DNA of 62,195 nucleotides, filler included, from Squatina squatina (GCA_031763465.1; 3 parts of 3 records of this genome joined end to end with filler, not necessarily neighbours in it), one strand, 5' to 3'; shown: positions 1 through 13,759, counted from the whole stretch's first letter. Notes: a model not told the origin generated them from the sequence alone. Program-made: numbers and translations.

Positions 1-148
1 ATGCAGGTGTTTAAATTTGTGCCCAATTTAAATAAAGCCGCACTAATTACAGCTGCTTTCTCAGCTCTCTCTGGCAAGTGTTTTGCAAAGAGTTCTTGTG
101 ATCATTGACTTTTCAGAAATTTGGACGCTTTCAAATGGACAATATCAC

Positions 149-808
149 ATGGGAGGTGCCATGGATGTTTTCAATAGGACATTGGACAAGGAAGACAATC
201 ACCATCCACTGCAGTGACATTGTGCTGTGGTGAGGTCTGCAGCTGTACAGAAGAGAGGTGCACAACACAAGTCTGGAGAACAGAGCAGAGAACAGCAGAG
301 AGGAGAGTGACAAAGGGGCCAACGCCGCAGGAGGCAGTACCCACTTGAGGGTCTACAATAGAAGGTCAGCTTCCTTGACCTACCTGAAGAGCAGTGCTTC
401 CGCAGGCTCAGATTGACACGGCAAATGATTTCGCACATCTGCAGCCTCCTTCAAGAAGAGCTGCTCCCTGCTGGGCCTGGTGGCCACGCATAGCCTGTTG
501 CTGTGAAAGTCACCACTGCTCTCAATTTCTTTGCCTCTGGCTCCTTCCAGTGTGTTATCGGAGACATCTCGAGGGTCTTTCAGTCAGCTGCACATTAATG
601 TATAAGGCAGGTCATGAATGGATTCTTTGCCAGGGTGTTGACTTACGTCAACTTAACAGCAATAGCTAGAATGAGTGGGCAGTTGGATTTGCATATCTGG
701 CTGGCTTCCCACAGGTACAGGATGCCATCGATTGCACACACGTGGCACTCACATGCCACCAGATGAACCAGGATGAACCATTTTTATCAATTGCGAGGGA
801 TTTCATTC
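149..808 (+). mobile_element. Decayed PIF/Harbinger transposase (HARBI1-like DDE nuclease), cut by a gap
   Basis: Hand translation across stops and frameshifts gives RRRRQYP..SFLDLPEEQCFRRLRLTRQ..VAVKVTTALNFFASGSFQ..AGFPQVQDAIDCTHVAL..FINCEGFH. These match the Harbinger motifs GxIDCTH and NRKGFHS. There are in-frame stops and a short duplication (GATGAACCA x2) at ~762-780. Confidence 0.85.
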
Positions 809-2344
809 NNNNNNNNNNNNNNNNNNNNNNNNNNNNNNNNNNNNNNNNNNNNNNNNNNNNNNNNNNNNNNNNNNNNNNNNNNNNNNNNNNNNNNNNNNNN
901 NNNNNNNNTCCATAATCCTTAACAACCAAGAACTAAATTACAGTAAAGCATGTTTAAGTTATAATCTCCAAAATCATTTTTTAAGTGTCTTATCTGTAAT
1001 ATATGAAATAAAGAATGGGTGCATGAATCATAACAGCTGAGAGATGGAAAATATTAATCTAACTTAATAGCTATTTCTTTACCTACGTGTATTCTTATAG
1101 GAAGTCACTGATGTCCTGAACCTGCTTGACATTTGATACCAAAAGCTATTTAATACTGCCCTCTGGAAGGAAGAAGTAACTAATACTTGGATCATGTGTT
1201 GGTATTTGCATTGTCATATAATTATTTGATTAATAGAGAAGTAATTTTAATTCAACTTACAATTAATATAAAATCAATTACATTAAATGTGCCTTGGAAT
1301 AAAAAACTCATTCACTTTAAATATGAAGCCAATCATTTTGAAATGAAGTATGCATATATAGAACATTTAAATAATTTACACTTATGGGGAACTTCATGCT
1401 TTCTGCTTAGTAGACACAGTTACACAATACTAATTATGTCATGCCATCATGAATGTTCTATAATTGAAATGGCTGAGAGGCTTGTATGGTTTACAGCATT
1501 CATCAAAGAATACCCTATCACCACCTAGTGGACATTTGGAAATTGTTATATTAATAATGATTTAAAAAAAATGTATTCATTATAAATCAATCTTGAACAA
1601 TTATCGATGTATTTCAAACTGCACATGTGCGCCACATCAGGATTAAATAAAGGCAGGTCCATTGACCTAATGCATAAATCTTTGCAGTGTTCATTATTCA
1701 CAAATAATGCACTCCTTGTCCATGACTCCATTCGTACTTTTTGTTGTAATGAATGTGGTGATGTTATTTATGTGCTACTTATGGGAAGACGTATCCTTTC
1801 TCATGAGGAGTACGGCTATGACAGAACATATATCATTTGCTGTGTTGCTTAGGACAGCTGTGGTTTTCAGCTACCAAGGGTATACAGTAATTTCAGCCAG
1901 CGATCCACCAGGCCTACAATGAGCAACAGGAATATTAACCGTTCCTTACTGCTGCAGTGTAAAAAGGAACAAGGTGGAAATTTACAACTTGCAATGTTAA
2001 TTTATTGTATGCTGTGAGCACTTTAAATTTCTGATTAAGAGAACAGAGTTTATGACATTGATTTAGAGAGCAACTTGTTGGAATAGTTGTATAAAGGAAG
2101 GATACCCATTTAATGTTAAAACATAAAAATCTGTCCACGCAGAAACAACTAGATCCTTTTGCAATCCTATTGGTAGGAATCAGTTCTACAAAGGGATAAG
2201 ATTAGAACCTGTGAGTTCTGGGAATGTGAAATAAAACAGAACATTCTACAAAGGCACAACATGTCCGTCAGCAGCTGAAAAGAGACAAAAAAAACAAGTT
2301 AATGTTTTGGGGTGAGAACCTCTACGAGCACCCTCCAGAGAGTG

Positions 2345-2560
2345 AGACATAACAGTGTAAGAAAAGATAGGGGGAAAGAAAAGGCCATTTGCCTCAACAA
2401 ATGTGTCGTACCTTAACTCTCCTATTGTACTGTCCAACTGTATTTTGAACATCCCCAACGTTGCTACTTTGTCTGATAGGTTATTGTAAATATGTATAAT
2501 TCTTTGGGCAAAGACTTTCTTCCTAATACCTTTTTTGTGGAGCAGTGACAAAAAATAAAA
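2345..2560 (-). mobile_element. CR1 LINE 3' end fragment
   Basis: Minus strand reads RKKVFAQRIIHIYNNLSDKVATLGMFKIQLD, a degenerate CR1 ORF2 C-terminus (FSQRVVxxWNxLP..FKxxLD), followed by a CR1-like tail. Confidence 0.6.
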
Positions 2561-3619
2561 CATTGTAATGCCTTAGCATAACCTTTGTAAACTCATTTTG
2601 ATCTGTGTTTCCCTGGTCAGTAATGTGAGTGAAAGTTCGGTGCAAGTTGAATTTTATACTTGCTCCATTTTTTTTATTTGCATTTGCGACCAATGAAAAA
2701 TACCCAATATTTTACTTTTTAAAATTGCTTTNNNNNNNNNNNNNNNNNNNNNNNNNNNNNNNNNNNNNNNNNNNNNNNNNNNNNNNNNNNNNNNNNNNNN
2801 NNNNNNNNNNNNNNNNNNNNNNNNNNNNNNNTCTCATTGATATGATGCAAGCAGAGCTGTTGGAGCTCTGAAGTAGAGTGGCCCGAGTGCATCTTCTGTA
2901 ATTAGCAGTCCCGTGGCTAGCTTGACTGAAATTCCGGTATACTTTTGCCAAGCGAACTGGAAGGTTTGCAAAGTGGGAATAGTAGCAGTAAGCAGCAAGC
3001 TGGTGCAGTTTTACAATTGGTGGTCTGGCTAGTTAATATAACGGAAGAGCATTGAAAGATGCACCCATTGTTGGCAGGAGAAATCAGTCAGGATTAGACA
3101 TGGTGTAACTTGGGATTAGTGTGCTGTTGGATAAAGCATAGAATTTACGCAGTAACAGCCAAAAGTGCCTCAGGGGTTCTTCCCCAAGGGTTGGGGGTGC
3201 TCTAAGGGTCTGACTGTGCTGATTGGTCGTCAGGAACAAACAGCCTTACGAAGATGAGGCATCCTCCTCCTCTAGCTCACATCTGTCCAAACTTATGCTC
3301 ACCACTGGCCATTTGCTGCTCCATATGCTACTTCAATTTTTGGCAAATCTCTATCCTTAGTGCATCAAATGTGAGGCCCCTTATTTCAAAGTAACCCCAT
3401 CTCTGGTCCAAGAAATCTCAGATCTCACTCTTCCACAGTACAAGCTGTTCATGCCTGTTTCAGAAGTTAAAATAAACACAAAACAGAGGATTAAAATATA
3501 AGTCATGGAATATTAACTCNNNNNNNNNNNNNNNNNNNNNNNNNNNNNNNNNNNNNNNNNNNNNNNNNNNNNNNNNNNNNNNNNNNNNNNNNNNNNNNNN
3601 NNNNNNNNNNNNNNNNNNN

Positions 3620-3760
3620 CCAAGGCACTTCACAGGAGCGTCAATGAGACAAGAACTGACACCGAGTCGCATAAGGAGATATCAGGGCAGCTTGGTCAAA
3701 GAGGTAGGTTTTAAGGAGGATCTTAAAGGAGGAGAGTGAGGTCGAGAGGCGGAGAGGTTC
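3620..3760 (-). mobile_element. L2 LINE 3' fragment
   Basis: Same family as 4931-5385 (shared GCTTGGTCAAAGAGGTAGGTTTTAAGG). Confidence 0.7.
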
Positions 3761-4659
3761 AAGGATCCAGTGATCATTTGTCTCCGAAAATATAGGGGCC
3801 CCAAACTGAACCCATTTGAGGCCTCAGTCCCAAAGACAATCGTCACCCTTGGTTACATTAAACCAGCTGCACTGGAAGCAATCACACCCGTATGTTCTTA
3901 ACATGAAACATTATACAATAACAGCAGTGAGATTATTTAGATTATATTGTACTTAACAAGCACTTGGTTTACTCCCGAGCCCCAGTGATCCATAACGGAT
4001 GAAAGCGGTAATGTGTTGAATGTTTAGAATATAGAAAAACAATTACTAAAATGTTGTAAGTTACCTACAATATTTTCCTGTTCGTACACCTTAGTTCAGA
4101 TTTTCTTTTTAATTTGACACTTTCAGCACAGGCCTTAGGGCAGGCTGAGAACAATGTTTTAATTAAACCACAACAATTTTACTTTAATTGTGCCCAGATT
4201 TCAGCAGATGTCTTGGGTTTGTAGATGCTCCCACTGAGCAGCTCAAGTTGAAAATATCAATTCGAAAAAAAAAGGGAAAAGTGAACATTCTCAGATCCCA
4301 ACTCCTGTTTCCGTTTAGGGAGGTTGGGGTATGTTAATTGCGTGGCTTCATCTGATGCAGCTTAAAGCTGGAGAAAAGAAACAATAATGTGTCTCATATA
4401 AAGGGCTAGCGCCATTGTCAACACCACTGGTACGTTTTATGTGCTGACTGTTCAGTTCCCTCACAGTGTGAGTCAGCTCAGAAATACCATCTGCTATTTT
4501 TAAAATATCCCGAGGTCACTGTATCTCATTCAGTGCTTACAATTGTCAATGTTACTTCAGCTTAATGATTGGTGTTGAGTGTTTCAAAAGCCATAAAATA
4601 AAATTCTCCCACAAAGGCACTTGTTAAATTTATCAATACCATTGAAAACAGAAGGCTTG

Positions 4660-5490
4660 CTTCTTCATAGCGCCACAACACTAGTCTCAGAAATATACCA
4701 TAGTGATGTAGATACAATTAGTCACTGTTCAGTGCAGTGACTCTTGATATGTGGGCAAATGTGGGAGCCATTTTGCATATGGTAAGATCCCACAAACAGC
4801 AACATAATGAATGACAGGTTGATTGTTTTTTTTGGTGTTGTTGGTTGAGGGAGGAATGTTGGTCAAGATACCAGGAGAACTCCCTTTGGATCATGCCACG
4901 GGATCTTTAACGTGCACCAGAACAGGCCAGCAACAACAACAACAACAACGTGTATTTATATAGTGCCTTTAACCTAGTAAAACGTCCCAAGGTGCTTCAC
5001 CAGAGTGTTATCAGACAAAACTTGATGCTAAGCCACACAAGGAGATATTAAGGCAGATGACCAAAGCTTGGTCAAAGAAGTAGGTTGTGAGAAGCATCTT
5101 AAAGGAGGAAATAGAGAGGTGGAGAGGTTTAGGGAGGAAATTCTAGAGCTTAGTGCCATGGCAGCCGAAGGAACTGCTGCCAATGGTGGAGCGATTAATA
5201 TCAATAATGCTCAAGAGGGCAGACTTAGAGGAGTGCAGATATCTCGGAGGATGTTGTGAGGCTGGAGGAAGTTACAGTGATAGGGCAGGGACAAGGCCAT
5301 GGAGGGATTTAAAAGCATGGATGAGAATTTTAAAATTGAAGGGTTACTTAACTGGGAGCCAATGTAGGTCAGCGAGAACAGGGGTATTGGTTGAATGTAT
5401 CATTTGAAGGACAGCACATCCAATGGTGCAGCACTCCCTCAGTACTGTACTGAATTGTGCGCTCAAATCCTAGAGTGGGCCTCGACCAAC
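4660..5490 (-). mobile_element. Deu-domain SINE (SacSINE1-like), split by an L2 insertion at 4931-5385
   Basis: Reverse-strand Deu-core motifs (GATCCCACAAACAGCAA; TTGGTTGAGGGA..CCAGGAGAACTCCC; GGGATCTTTAACGT) stop at ~4930. They resume at ~5390 with GTGCAGCACTCCCTCAGTACTG, as in the copy at 7340-7560. Confidence 0.7.
4931..5385 (-). mobile_element. L2 LINE 3' end with (TTG)n tail
   Basis: (CAA)n followed by TATTTATATAGTGCCTTT is the reverse complement of the L2 tail. The body matches 8150-8456, 12510-12825 and 29675-29901. Confidence 0.8.
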
Positions 5491-7339
5491 AGGTTAAAGT
5501 TTCAGCTGTTGACCCCTTGCATGAGGTGATGAGGAATTTCCACCTCTCTTTTTTCCCTTTCAGGTGCTGACTGATCTGTTCCATACTGCCTCTACTTTCT
5601 GTTTTCATTTTGGATATCCAGCAATGACACATTGTAGAGTCAATATCTCATTATAACAAACTATGCTGCTTTAACTCACCCAGTGTAGCAAATAATTATG
5701 TTATTTCAGCTGAAGCTTCATAGTAACCCACAGAAAACCTCAATGATATGAACTCCTGATAAAAAGAACGTTGTGCCTATTTGCAACACCAAATTTCTGA
5801 TTGGTCCCCTTGGAGGACAAGACACACCCAACAGTTTGTCTGGAATGCTGGACAGGAATCAAGATCCTTGCAATGTGTAACTTCATCCATTTATTGTGGC
5901 AGCCAGGCTCCAGAGCACACAGTGCTAACACTACTGCTTTCAGAGAACAGACAAGGTTCACCCTCCAGGGTTNNNNNNNNNNNNNNNNNNNNNNNNNNNN
6001 NNNNNNNNNNNNNNNNNNNNNNNNNNNNNNNNNNNNNNNNNNNNNNNNNNNNNNNNNNNNNNNNNNNNNNNNCAGCCCCGGAGTAGCGACAGGGTTGAAC
6101 TTCTCCACCTGACATCCTTTTCCATGACCCCCCAGTGACATTGCTCCAGATTATGACCACATAAAAGTTGTGTCCAAAAATGTTGATGGAACGTATTTTG
6201 CTAATGAAATGGTGCTACATGTTTACCCATTACTGTATTCTAAAGAGAGTGGGGAACTTGATTTCATCTTGTAAATGAATAAATACAGTAGCAGAAAGTT
6301 AAAATATTAAAGAATAAACATCAATTGCTTTTAGTTCTCTCAACTGTATCACATGGCTAAAGTATTCAAATGAACACAGCGATAACACCAAAACTGGTCA
6401 TTATCCTTAATCTCAAGTCTGTACTTTGTAGCATTGGAACTGACATTTCAGAAAACCACATTGCTGTATTTGTCAAGGTGAAGCATTTTTGAGAGGCATG
6501 TTATTAGGTTGATCTGTGATAGCTGAAGTGCAACTTAAATGGGCCAAGTTGACTGGAGTCAGATTGCTTCCACCTCTTCTGTTCATCAAGAAAAAGAATG
6601 TAAACAATCCCAGTTAATCAATCACAATTGTCTCGCACGCCACATCTTTGACTGAAAATAAAATTGAGCAAACCTGATAATAACAACAAGAATAACCTAT
6701 CGAGCAGCTACCATCTATTTACCTCCAGGTGCCAGGCCATGGAAATGCTGACAGAAGGACAAGATAAACAGACCATCGCCTTATTGCAGAAGAAATCAAA
6801 TGAAAACATACAAACAACCCCAGCTGACTGGCTCCGTGTAAAAGGGCGTCACGGGTTTGCCTCATTCTTTGATAGGCATTCCAAATGCCATCCTCCTTCT
6901 GTTGTCAGGGTGACCGGGATCAATAGCATTGAATTAGATTTTTTTTTTAAACTGTGTGTGTGTTCGGGGTCGTTGAAGACCCAGGTCCTTTCCCAGGAGA
7001 CTTGTTTCAGTTCTGAAAGAATTTCCAGCCTGAGTTTCTGCCCCGATAAGCTCCAATAAAAAGGTTTGCACAATAGCCCATGACCTCAGACAGATGCGGA
7101 GACGCCTTTGCAGTAACAGTCCTGACAAGCTGTCAGCTCGGGTTGAATGCAGAGAGCTCAGTTTTAAATTAAAAAAAAAATTAAGCTGAGAAAGCGAGGG
7201 GCAACAAACCCTCCATATTGAGGGTCCTGGGATTTGTGCACCAGTGTATATACCTGTAAGTCTTGGCAGAGTGCTGCTTTGTAATGTTATAGATCCTGCT
7301 CTTATTAATAAGGAGCATTGGCACTCAAAAGCACCAGTG

Positions 7340-7560
7340 TGAAAGATTTGGGACATCCCAAAGCGCCTTACAGCCATTCAACGATTTTTTTTTCCTCTTG
7401 GAAGTGTAGTCACTGCTGTAATGTAGGAAACGCGACAGCCAATGTGTGCACAGCAAGCTCCCACAAACAGCATTGAGATCATGAACAGATGGCCATTTCA
7501 GCGATGTTAGTGGAGNNNNNNNNNNCTCCGACAGTGCAGCACTCCCTCAGTACTGTGCGT
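7340..7560 (-). mobile_element. Deu-domain SINE (SacSINE1-like)
   Basis: CCCAAAGCGCCTTACAGCC..GTGTAGTCACTGCTGTAATGTAGGAAACGCGACAGCCAAT..GCACAGCAAGCTCCCACAAACAGCA, the reverse strand of the Deu core and L2-type tail. Confidence 0.8.
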
Positions 7561-8004
7561 GTCTTTACTTGGTTGCCGTCTGGTTTGGGTGCTATGTAAA
7601 GCTGAGAAAAGTTGCACGGTTCAGGCACCCTGCCACAAACACCTCCCCTCCACCCACCACCCCACTTAATTGTGTTTTTTTTTACAGCAGTCGAGATATG
7701 GAATGACTTTATAAATTAATTGGTTGTGCAAGGTGCATCCAGAATATATACATAATTACTCCCCGCCTAAAGTAATTGGCCTCGCTGTACCAACGGCGAG
7801 GCGATGACTGCAAATAAAGCTAGCAGCTGGTAAGCTGTAGGCTCTATTTACCAAGCACCAGGGTTTTGAGTATTTTATAACTTGTAACCTACGGTGGAGA
7901 CCCTCATCACAATACACCTCTTAGCTAACTGCGACTTTCGACCTCCGCCCTCTGACTTGCCACTCTCGCAGCTGCAATCTTTCCATGGGACATTGGCTCC
8001 TTTT

Positions 8005-8112
8005 TCTTTTCTTTATTCATTCCTGGGACGTGGGTGTCGCTGGCAAGGCCAGCATTTATTGCCCTGCCCTTGAGGAGGTGGTGGTGAGCCACCTTCTTAA
8101 ACCACTGCAGTT
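8005..8112 (-). mobile_element. 3' end of a shark-type LINE/SINE family
   Basis: GTGGGTGTCGCTGGCAAGGCCAGCATTTATTGCCC..GGTGGTGGTGAGC recurs at 22895-23140. Confidence 0.6.
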
Positions 8113-8149
8113 CGTGTGCTGTTTGCTTTGTGGTTTGATACTGAGTGGC

Positions 8150-8456
8150 TTGCCCAGCCTGGCCTCGATTTTTGTTTGTTGTTTTTTTAAATTTTCATCT
8201 TTGTTTTCAAATGCCTCCATGGCCTCGCCCCTCCCTATCTCTGTAACCTCCCCCAGCCCCACAGCTCTCCGAGGTCTCTGTGCTTCTCCAATTCTGCCCA
8301 CTGGAGTGTCTCCGATTTCTGTCGCTCCACCATTGGCCTTCAGCTGCCTGGGCCCCAAGCTCTGGAATTCCCTCCCTGAACCTCTCGGTCTCTCTACCTC
8401 TCTCCCTTCCTTTAAGAGGCTCCCTAAAACCTAGCTCTTTGACCAAGCTCCTGTCC
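8150..8456 (+). mobile_element. L2 LINE ORF2 C-terminal fragment
   Basis: Reads LVFKCLHGLAPPYLCNL..AFSCLGPKLWNSLPEPL..SLPSFKRLPKT. Confidence 0.8.
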
Positions 8457-8631
8457 NNNNNNNNNNNNNNNNNNNNNNNNNNNNNNNNNNNNNNNNNNNN
8501 NNNNNNNNNNNNNNNNNNNNNNNNNNNNNNNNNNNNNNNNNNNNNNNNNNNNNNNNATCTCTTCTAGAACCCTAGGGTGTAGGCCTTCAAGTCCAGGGGA
8601 TTTGACGGCTTTTAGTCCTGTTAATTAGCTG

Positions 8632-8719
8632 GGAAGTAGTTGAGGTTTAGTTTGGAAGTAGTTGAGGTTTAGTCGGGATGTAGTTGGCGGTTAGTTGGGA
8701 TGTAGTTGGCGGTTAGTTG
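8632..8719. repeat. 22-bp minisatellite, 4 copies
   Basis: GGAAGTAGTTGAGGTTTAGT(TT/CG) x2, then GGATGTAGTTGGCGGTTAGTTG x2. Confidence 0.9.
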
Positions 8720-10602
8720 GAGTACAGTGGGCTGCTGGCTGCTCTCCTCTACCTCAATTCTCTGTCCTGGAGGCAGATGATGTCTCACCCTGACCATCGC
8801 TCTACAGGGATCTGCCGTCCTCCAGTACTTCAACAAACTGACCTCTCTTAATGTTTGAGGCTGGACGGTGAGTGCCAGCAGGCGATTCCACTTTTTGGGG
8901 CCGAGTGCAGTATTGCCCTCCGCTGATGACCCGCTTTGTGCTGGGGGCACAGGCCATAAAAGGAACTTGGGGCCTTGCTGACCTACCTGACCAATGTCCC
9001 ACTGAGAATGAATTTACCAACTGGGCTAGCAAAGGCAGCAAAGGGTTAGTATCTAAACATTCAGCGCCGTTGCATCCACCATCTTGCCTGGGGCAAGGGC
9101 AGCAGTGAAAACAGAAAACATGCTTGTCAGCTTTACCAGTGAGGAGCTCCGAGATGAGCGTTTGCTCAGGTGAGACCGAGCTCATGTTTACCTCGAGTGC
9201 ATTGTCCCATTCAGTATGCCCTTGCTGAGCCCTCACCATTGGTGGGGTCATTTTTTATATAAATATTTCATCTCGATGTCCGGTTCGGGATCTCAACCTC
9301 TCGTATTAAAAAAAAATCATTGAGAAAAAGGCTATTTCCTCCTTCAAATTCCATCCGTCCAGTACCGAACACCCAGTGCAACCGAGCTACAGTCGGAACA
9401 TCTGCAATATAATCTCTCCTCCCCTGTCTGCCAGATAATCTCTGAATAAAGCTATTCTTCCTGATACCTGTTTTAAATTTATTTTACATATCGAGTGATA
9501 GAACAGAATGCAAAGGCAACTGGAACGGATACTGATAACTTCACAATTGACACTGGCAGTTGGGGTGAATATAAAAGACCTGGCTGTACAGGTGGTGCCC
9601 ATAGCCTTCTCACAGTCCAGCAACCTTTCTTTGACAGCTGATTGTGAAATCTGCACTCAAACTTTCAATGCAAATTTCTAGGTGTAGCTACCAGTTCAAG
9701 GGATTTCCACAAGCAGGAGAAGCAGCGTCATATTTGGACTTTGTTGGACCAATGCAAAATGTCGAGGAACAGCTGCGACAGCTCCTGGCACAGGCGTGGA
9801 GCTGTGGCTTAAGTGCAAGGAGCTCTTGTGGTGCTGCTCAAGCCACGACCTTACGGAAGACTGATAGCCCTGCCCTGTCTCTGTGACGTTGTCGGCGATG
9901 GACTCTGGCACAAACTAGGCCAACCCTTTCCCATCCAATGGTTTAATAGTATTGGACTGGACTCAATCCAGGAGCAAAAAAAAAGTTTTGTCTGCAATCT
10001 GCCAAGCAGGATTACAATACAATCATTGGGTGGATATGGGTTTTGTTAGACACTGAGGTTGCCAAATGTGACAAGTGGGGCTGAGCTTTCTTGACATTTG
10101 TTTGTTTGATAATCTGTTTTCCAGTACATTTATAGCGCCATCAAGAATAAATCATGTCGCTTATTTAGCTTGTTTTTCTGCAGTGGTTTTCCTAACTTTT
10201 CAAACACCATTTTTCTTAATTTTTTATCCTTTTTGCGCTTTGTTGAAAAAAAAATGTTTTAAAAGTGTTATTTTGCATTTAATCTATAATGAAGCCATTG
10301 TAAATCATGTCAATGGTTGTATTGTGCATAGTAGAGGACATTTTCCACATTTGTGCTTCTTTCACATGCTGAGAGTATATAGTAGGGGACTACATGCCCC
10401 AGCTCAATTAAAATGATTGGGGAAATATCACAGGCTGAGAGTCCACAATTTCCTAACATACTCCAGGACTGCAGAAGCAGAAAGTCCCATAACTCCAATT
10501 CATTTCTTTCAAAGAATCAATTCTTGCTTTCCCCCCGCCCCCATTATATGATGTCTTTCCAGATTCTGAGATTGCCTTGCTGTTGGGTATTTTACCATCT
10601 AA

Positions 10603-10835
10603 TATAGAATCATATAATGATCAGCACAGAAGGAGACCATTTGGCCCATCATGCCTGTGCCAGCTCTTTGAAAGAGCTGTCCAATTACTTCCACTACCCT
10701 GATCTTTCCCCACAGTCCGACATTTTTTTGCCCCATCAAGTATTTATCCAATTCCTTTTTGAAAGTTGCTATTGAATCTGCTTCCACCGCCCTTTCAGGC
10801 AGCGTGTTCCAGTTCATAACAAGTCACAGCATTAA
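10603..10835 (-). mobile_element. CR1 LINE 3' end
   Basis: Minus ORF reads WNTLPERAVEADSIATFKKELDKYL, followed by a tail ending in ATTCTAT-like repeats. Confidence 0.8.
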
Positions 10836-10944
10836 AAAAATCTCTCCTTGTAATTTCCTCATTACGGCCAGGTTTTGTAATGTCCTGCTTTACATTATCA
10901 AAAAGTAATTCACACATCTAACACAAAACAAGGTGCTCCATTGC

Positions 10945-11060
10945 TACAATAAAAACGGAAAATGCTGGAAATGCTCAGCAGGTCAGGCAGCATCTGTGGA
11001 GAAAGAAACAGAGTTAACGTTTCAGGTCGATGATTCCAGCATCTGCAGTATTTTGCTTCT
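10945..11060. mobile_element. Short Penelope-type terminal repeat with inverted ends
   Basis: AAATGCTGGAAATGCTCAGCAGGTCAGGCAGCATCTGTGGAGAAAGAAACAGAGTTAACGTTTCAGGTCG..TTCCAGCATCTGCAG. I recall this as an abundant shark repeat. Decayed relatives lie at ~2250-2320, ~5490-5620 and ~23690-23780. Confidence 0.6.
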
Positions 11061-12509
11061 GTTCCATTGCTAGCCACTTCTGCGAAACCAACATGGCTAA
11101 GGTCTAATTTTACCATCCATAAAGCCCAGTTGCTATCTTCAACTCCAGACATCAACTCATCCCTTCGAATGTTGCAACAGATTTCTTCATCCTTTCTGAT
11201 TTTACTTACAGTTATTATCACTGNNNNNNNNNNNNNNNNNNNNNNNNNNNNNNNNNNNNNNNNNNNNNNNNNNNNNNNNNNNNNNNNNNNNNNNNNNNNN
11301 NNNNNNNNNNNNNNNNNNNNNNNTGGCTGTCAGCCAAAAGTTATTTGCCGCAGCAGCCACGTCGAACATACTGCACGATGTGATTATGGGTAATCTGGGC
11401 TGTAAACATGGTTTAACATGTAATCTGGGCTAAAAGTAAATCACGTAACAGGAATTTAACGCTAAAAGTGAACAGGAAGGAAAGTATTTAGTGTGTTGAG
11501 AAATGGTTCTGATTTCGTTGTATTTCTGCCTGCTGTTTATGCAACAGAAATATTAATTGACAAAGATTTTTATTTAAGAAGAAATGGGTTATGCATGCCA
11601 TTTTCAAATGTTTAACTTCATTGATGGTTTTCTTTGCTTTTTTAAAATGCTTTAATAAAAGTTTTATTGCACTTGAAGCAGTGGATAATAGCTTGTGGCA
11701 AGAACAATCATTTTCTCCTGCAAAATGGTGTATTTTAAGTACAAATGTTAATTATTTAATTTAAGAAGTGCTAGGTCTCAAGTTACTGTATCTGATGAAT
11801 GTATGAGCTCATCTGTATATTGTCCTTGTCCAATTTACTGCTCACATTTAAAATAAATGATTAACAGTTGTGTTTAAAATAACTGAGATGAGAAATGAAT
11901 GCCAACATATATTAACTATTTGCTGAAAATAGTACTCAGAAGGAATGAAAACCCTTAAAACCAATGATAACTGTTCTAGCTGTCCAAATAAAGGAATGTC
12001 ATACAGGACTCTCTAATTCTCCTCTCTAATTTACAGGTCAGTGAAAGTCTAAAGCCAATAATTCTATTATATTAGTAACATTGTAAAATATCCCATAGTT
12101 AGATATCATTTTCCCTATATCCTCTTTTTTTAAATCAAACTCTAAACATGAAAGGGAAACTAATAATTGCCGACAGCAAGCAGATCACTTTGTTTAGTAA
12201 TTCCAACTAAGTTCCATTTCAGATTGGTTCTTAATACTTTTGAGGTTTCTTTGCATGCATACACTTAGATCCAGAAGTTCAAGAGTAGGAAAAGTTGCCA
12301 GTACTCTTTAATTTACAAATTGCTAACCAGTGCAATGTAATGATCCGTGCATTTGTACAAGAATAGAGTCAAGCTATGCTTCCTTAATGTTTCCAAGCAA
12401 TGTGCTGTTNNNNNNNNNNNNNNNNNNNNNNNNNNNNNNNNNNNNNNNNNNNNNNNNNNNNNNNNNNNNNNNNNNNNNNNNNNNNNNNNNNNNNNNNNNN
12501 NNNNNNNNN

Positions 12510-12825
12510 TATTCCAACGGACTTCTGGCTAGCCTTCCATTTTCTACCCTCCATAAACTGGATATCATCCAAAACTCGGCTGCCAATGTCACGTTCAGCC
12601 CCTATCTCTGTGCTTGCTGGCTTACATTGTCTCATGGTTGAGTAATGCCATGATTTTAAAACTCTCATCCTTGTTTTCAAATTCGCCCAAGGCCTCACCC
12701 CGTTGTCTCTCTGTAATCTCCTCCAGCCCTATAACCCGCGAGGTATCTGTGCTCCCCCAATTCTGGCCTTTTGAGCATCCCCGATTTTAATCTCTCCACC
12801 ATTGGTAGCCGTGCCTTCAGCTGGA
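12510..12825 (+). mobile_element. L2 LINE ORF2 fragment
   Basis: Reads YSNGLLASLPFSTLHKLDIIQNSAA..FKTLILVFKFAQGLTPLSLCNLLQPYNP. Confidence 0.8.
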
Positions 12826-13759
12826 AATGAGGAGAGCTTTTGAACAGTAAATGCTGGATGGCGTTTGGCCTTTAGTGTGATTGGAATTGCAAAGGAATGA
12901 ATTGAATATATCTGTGTGGTGGAGAATTGACATTGTAATTCAAGAGCACTGAGAACTGCCCATAATTGTGCGTTAAAATAGCATTAATTTAGATGCTAAT
13001 GCTTATTTTGTACACCATGAAAGGAAAACATGAAATAATTTTGAATAAACCCAGGTACGGGGATCACACAGCGACTGCACTTAGACTAATCAAATGCGAT
13101 CTTTTCCACTGCTTTCATTCTGTCAACAATGTAACTTAAAACTGTGTGCCTTCTGGCTCTGGAACTCTGAAAACCTGCAGAATCAACAGAAGCTAAATCA
13201 TGATGGAATGGATCTGACACCTGGCACACAGTCCATCATTCAGCTCAAATTGCTTTGAAATAAATTCAAATTTAATTTTAATGCAATACATCAGATTTAT
13301 TTGAGGGTTTTTTTTTTGCAGTAATGAAGTCACATCTGTTGTGACAGAAACAAAATAAAAGTTGTCAGTTTGCTTGAGTCCGTTGAGCTTATGATTAGTT
13401 AGCACTGAGTCACACATTAATACGCTGAGTTGTGTGCCCAAAAAGTAATTCAAAGAATAAACAAGGCCAAAAAAGATCTTGTAGGTTTCAGCAACATACC
13501 TTTTAGTTCACCTTGTTGAATTTTTAAATACTTCAAGTGCTAAGCCATTCTGTCTATGCTTGGGAGTCAAAATATTCAATACAAGTGATTGACAATGAGT
13601 AATTCATTCCAGAGTCAAGACAGATCTGGTTCATTATTTATGCCTTCATTCCATCTTGTTTTTATTTATCCAGCACTAGATTTCCCAATATGATCTTCCA
13701 GCCAGATGAGTGGGCAGGCTGGATCGTATCGATGGAACTGTGACTGGTAAATCATATAA

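Noticed and set aside
149-808. Domesticated HARBI1 gene
   Set aside because: Multiple stops and frameshifts; a transposon relic.
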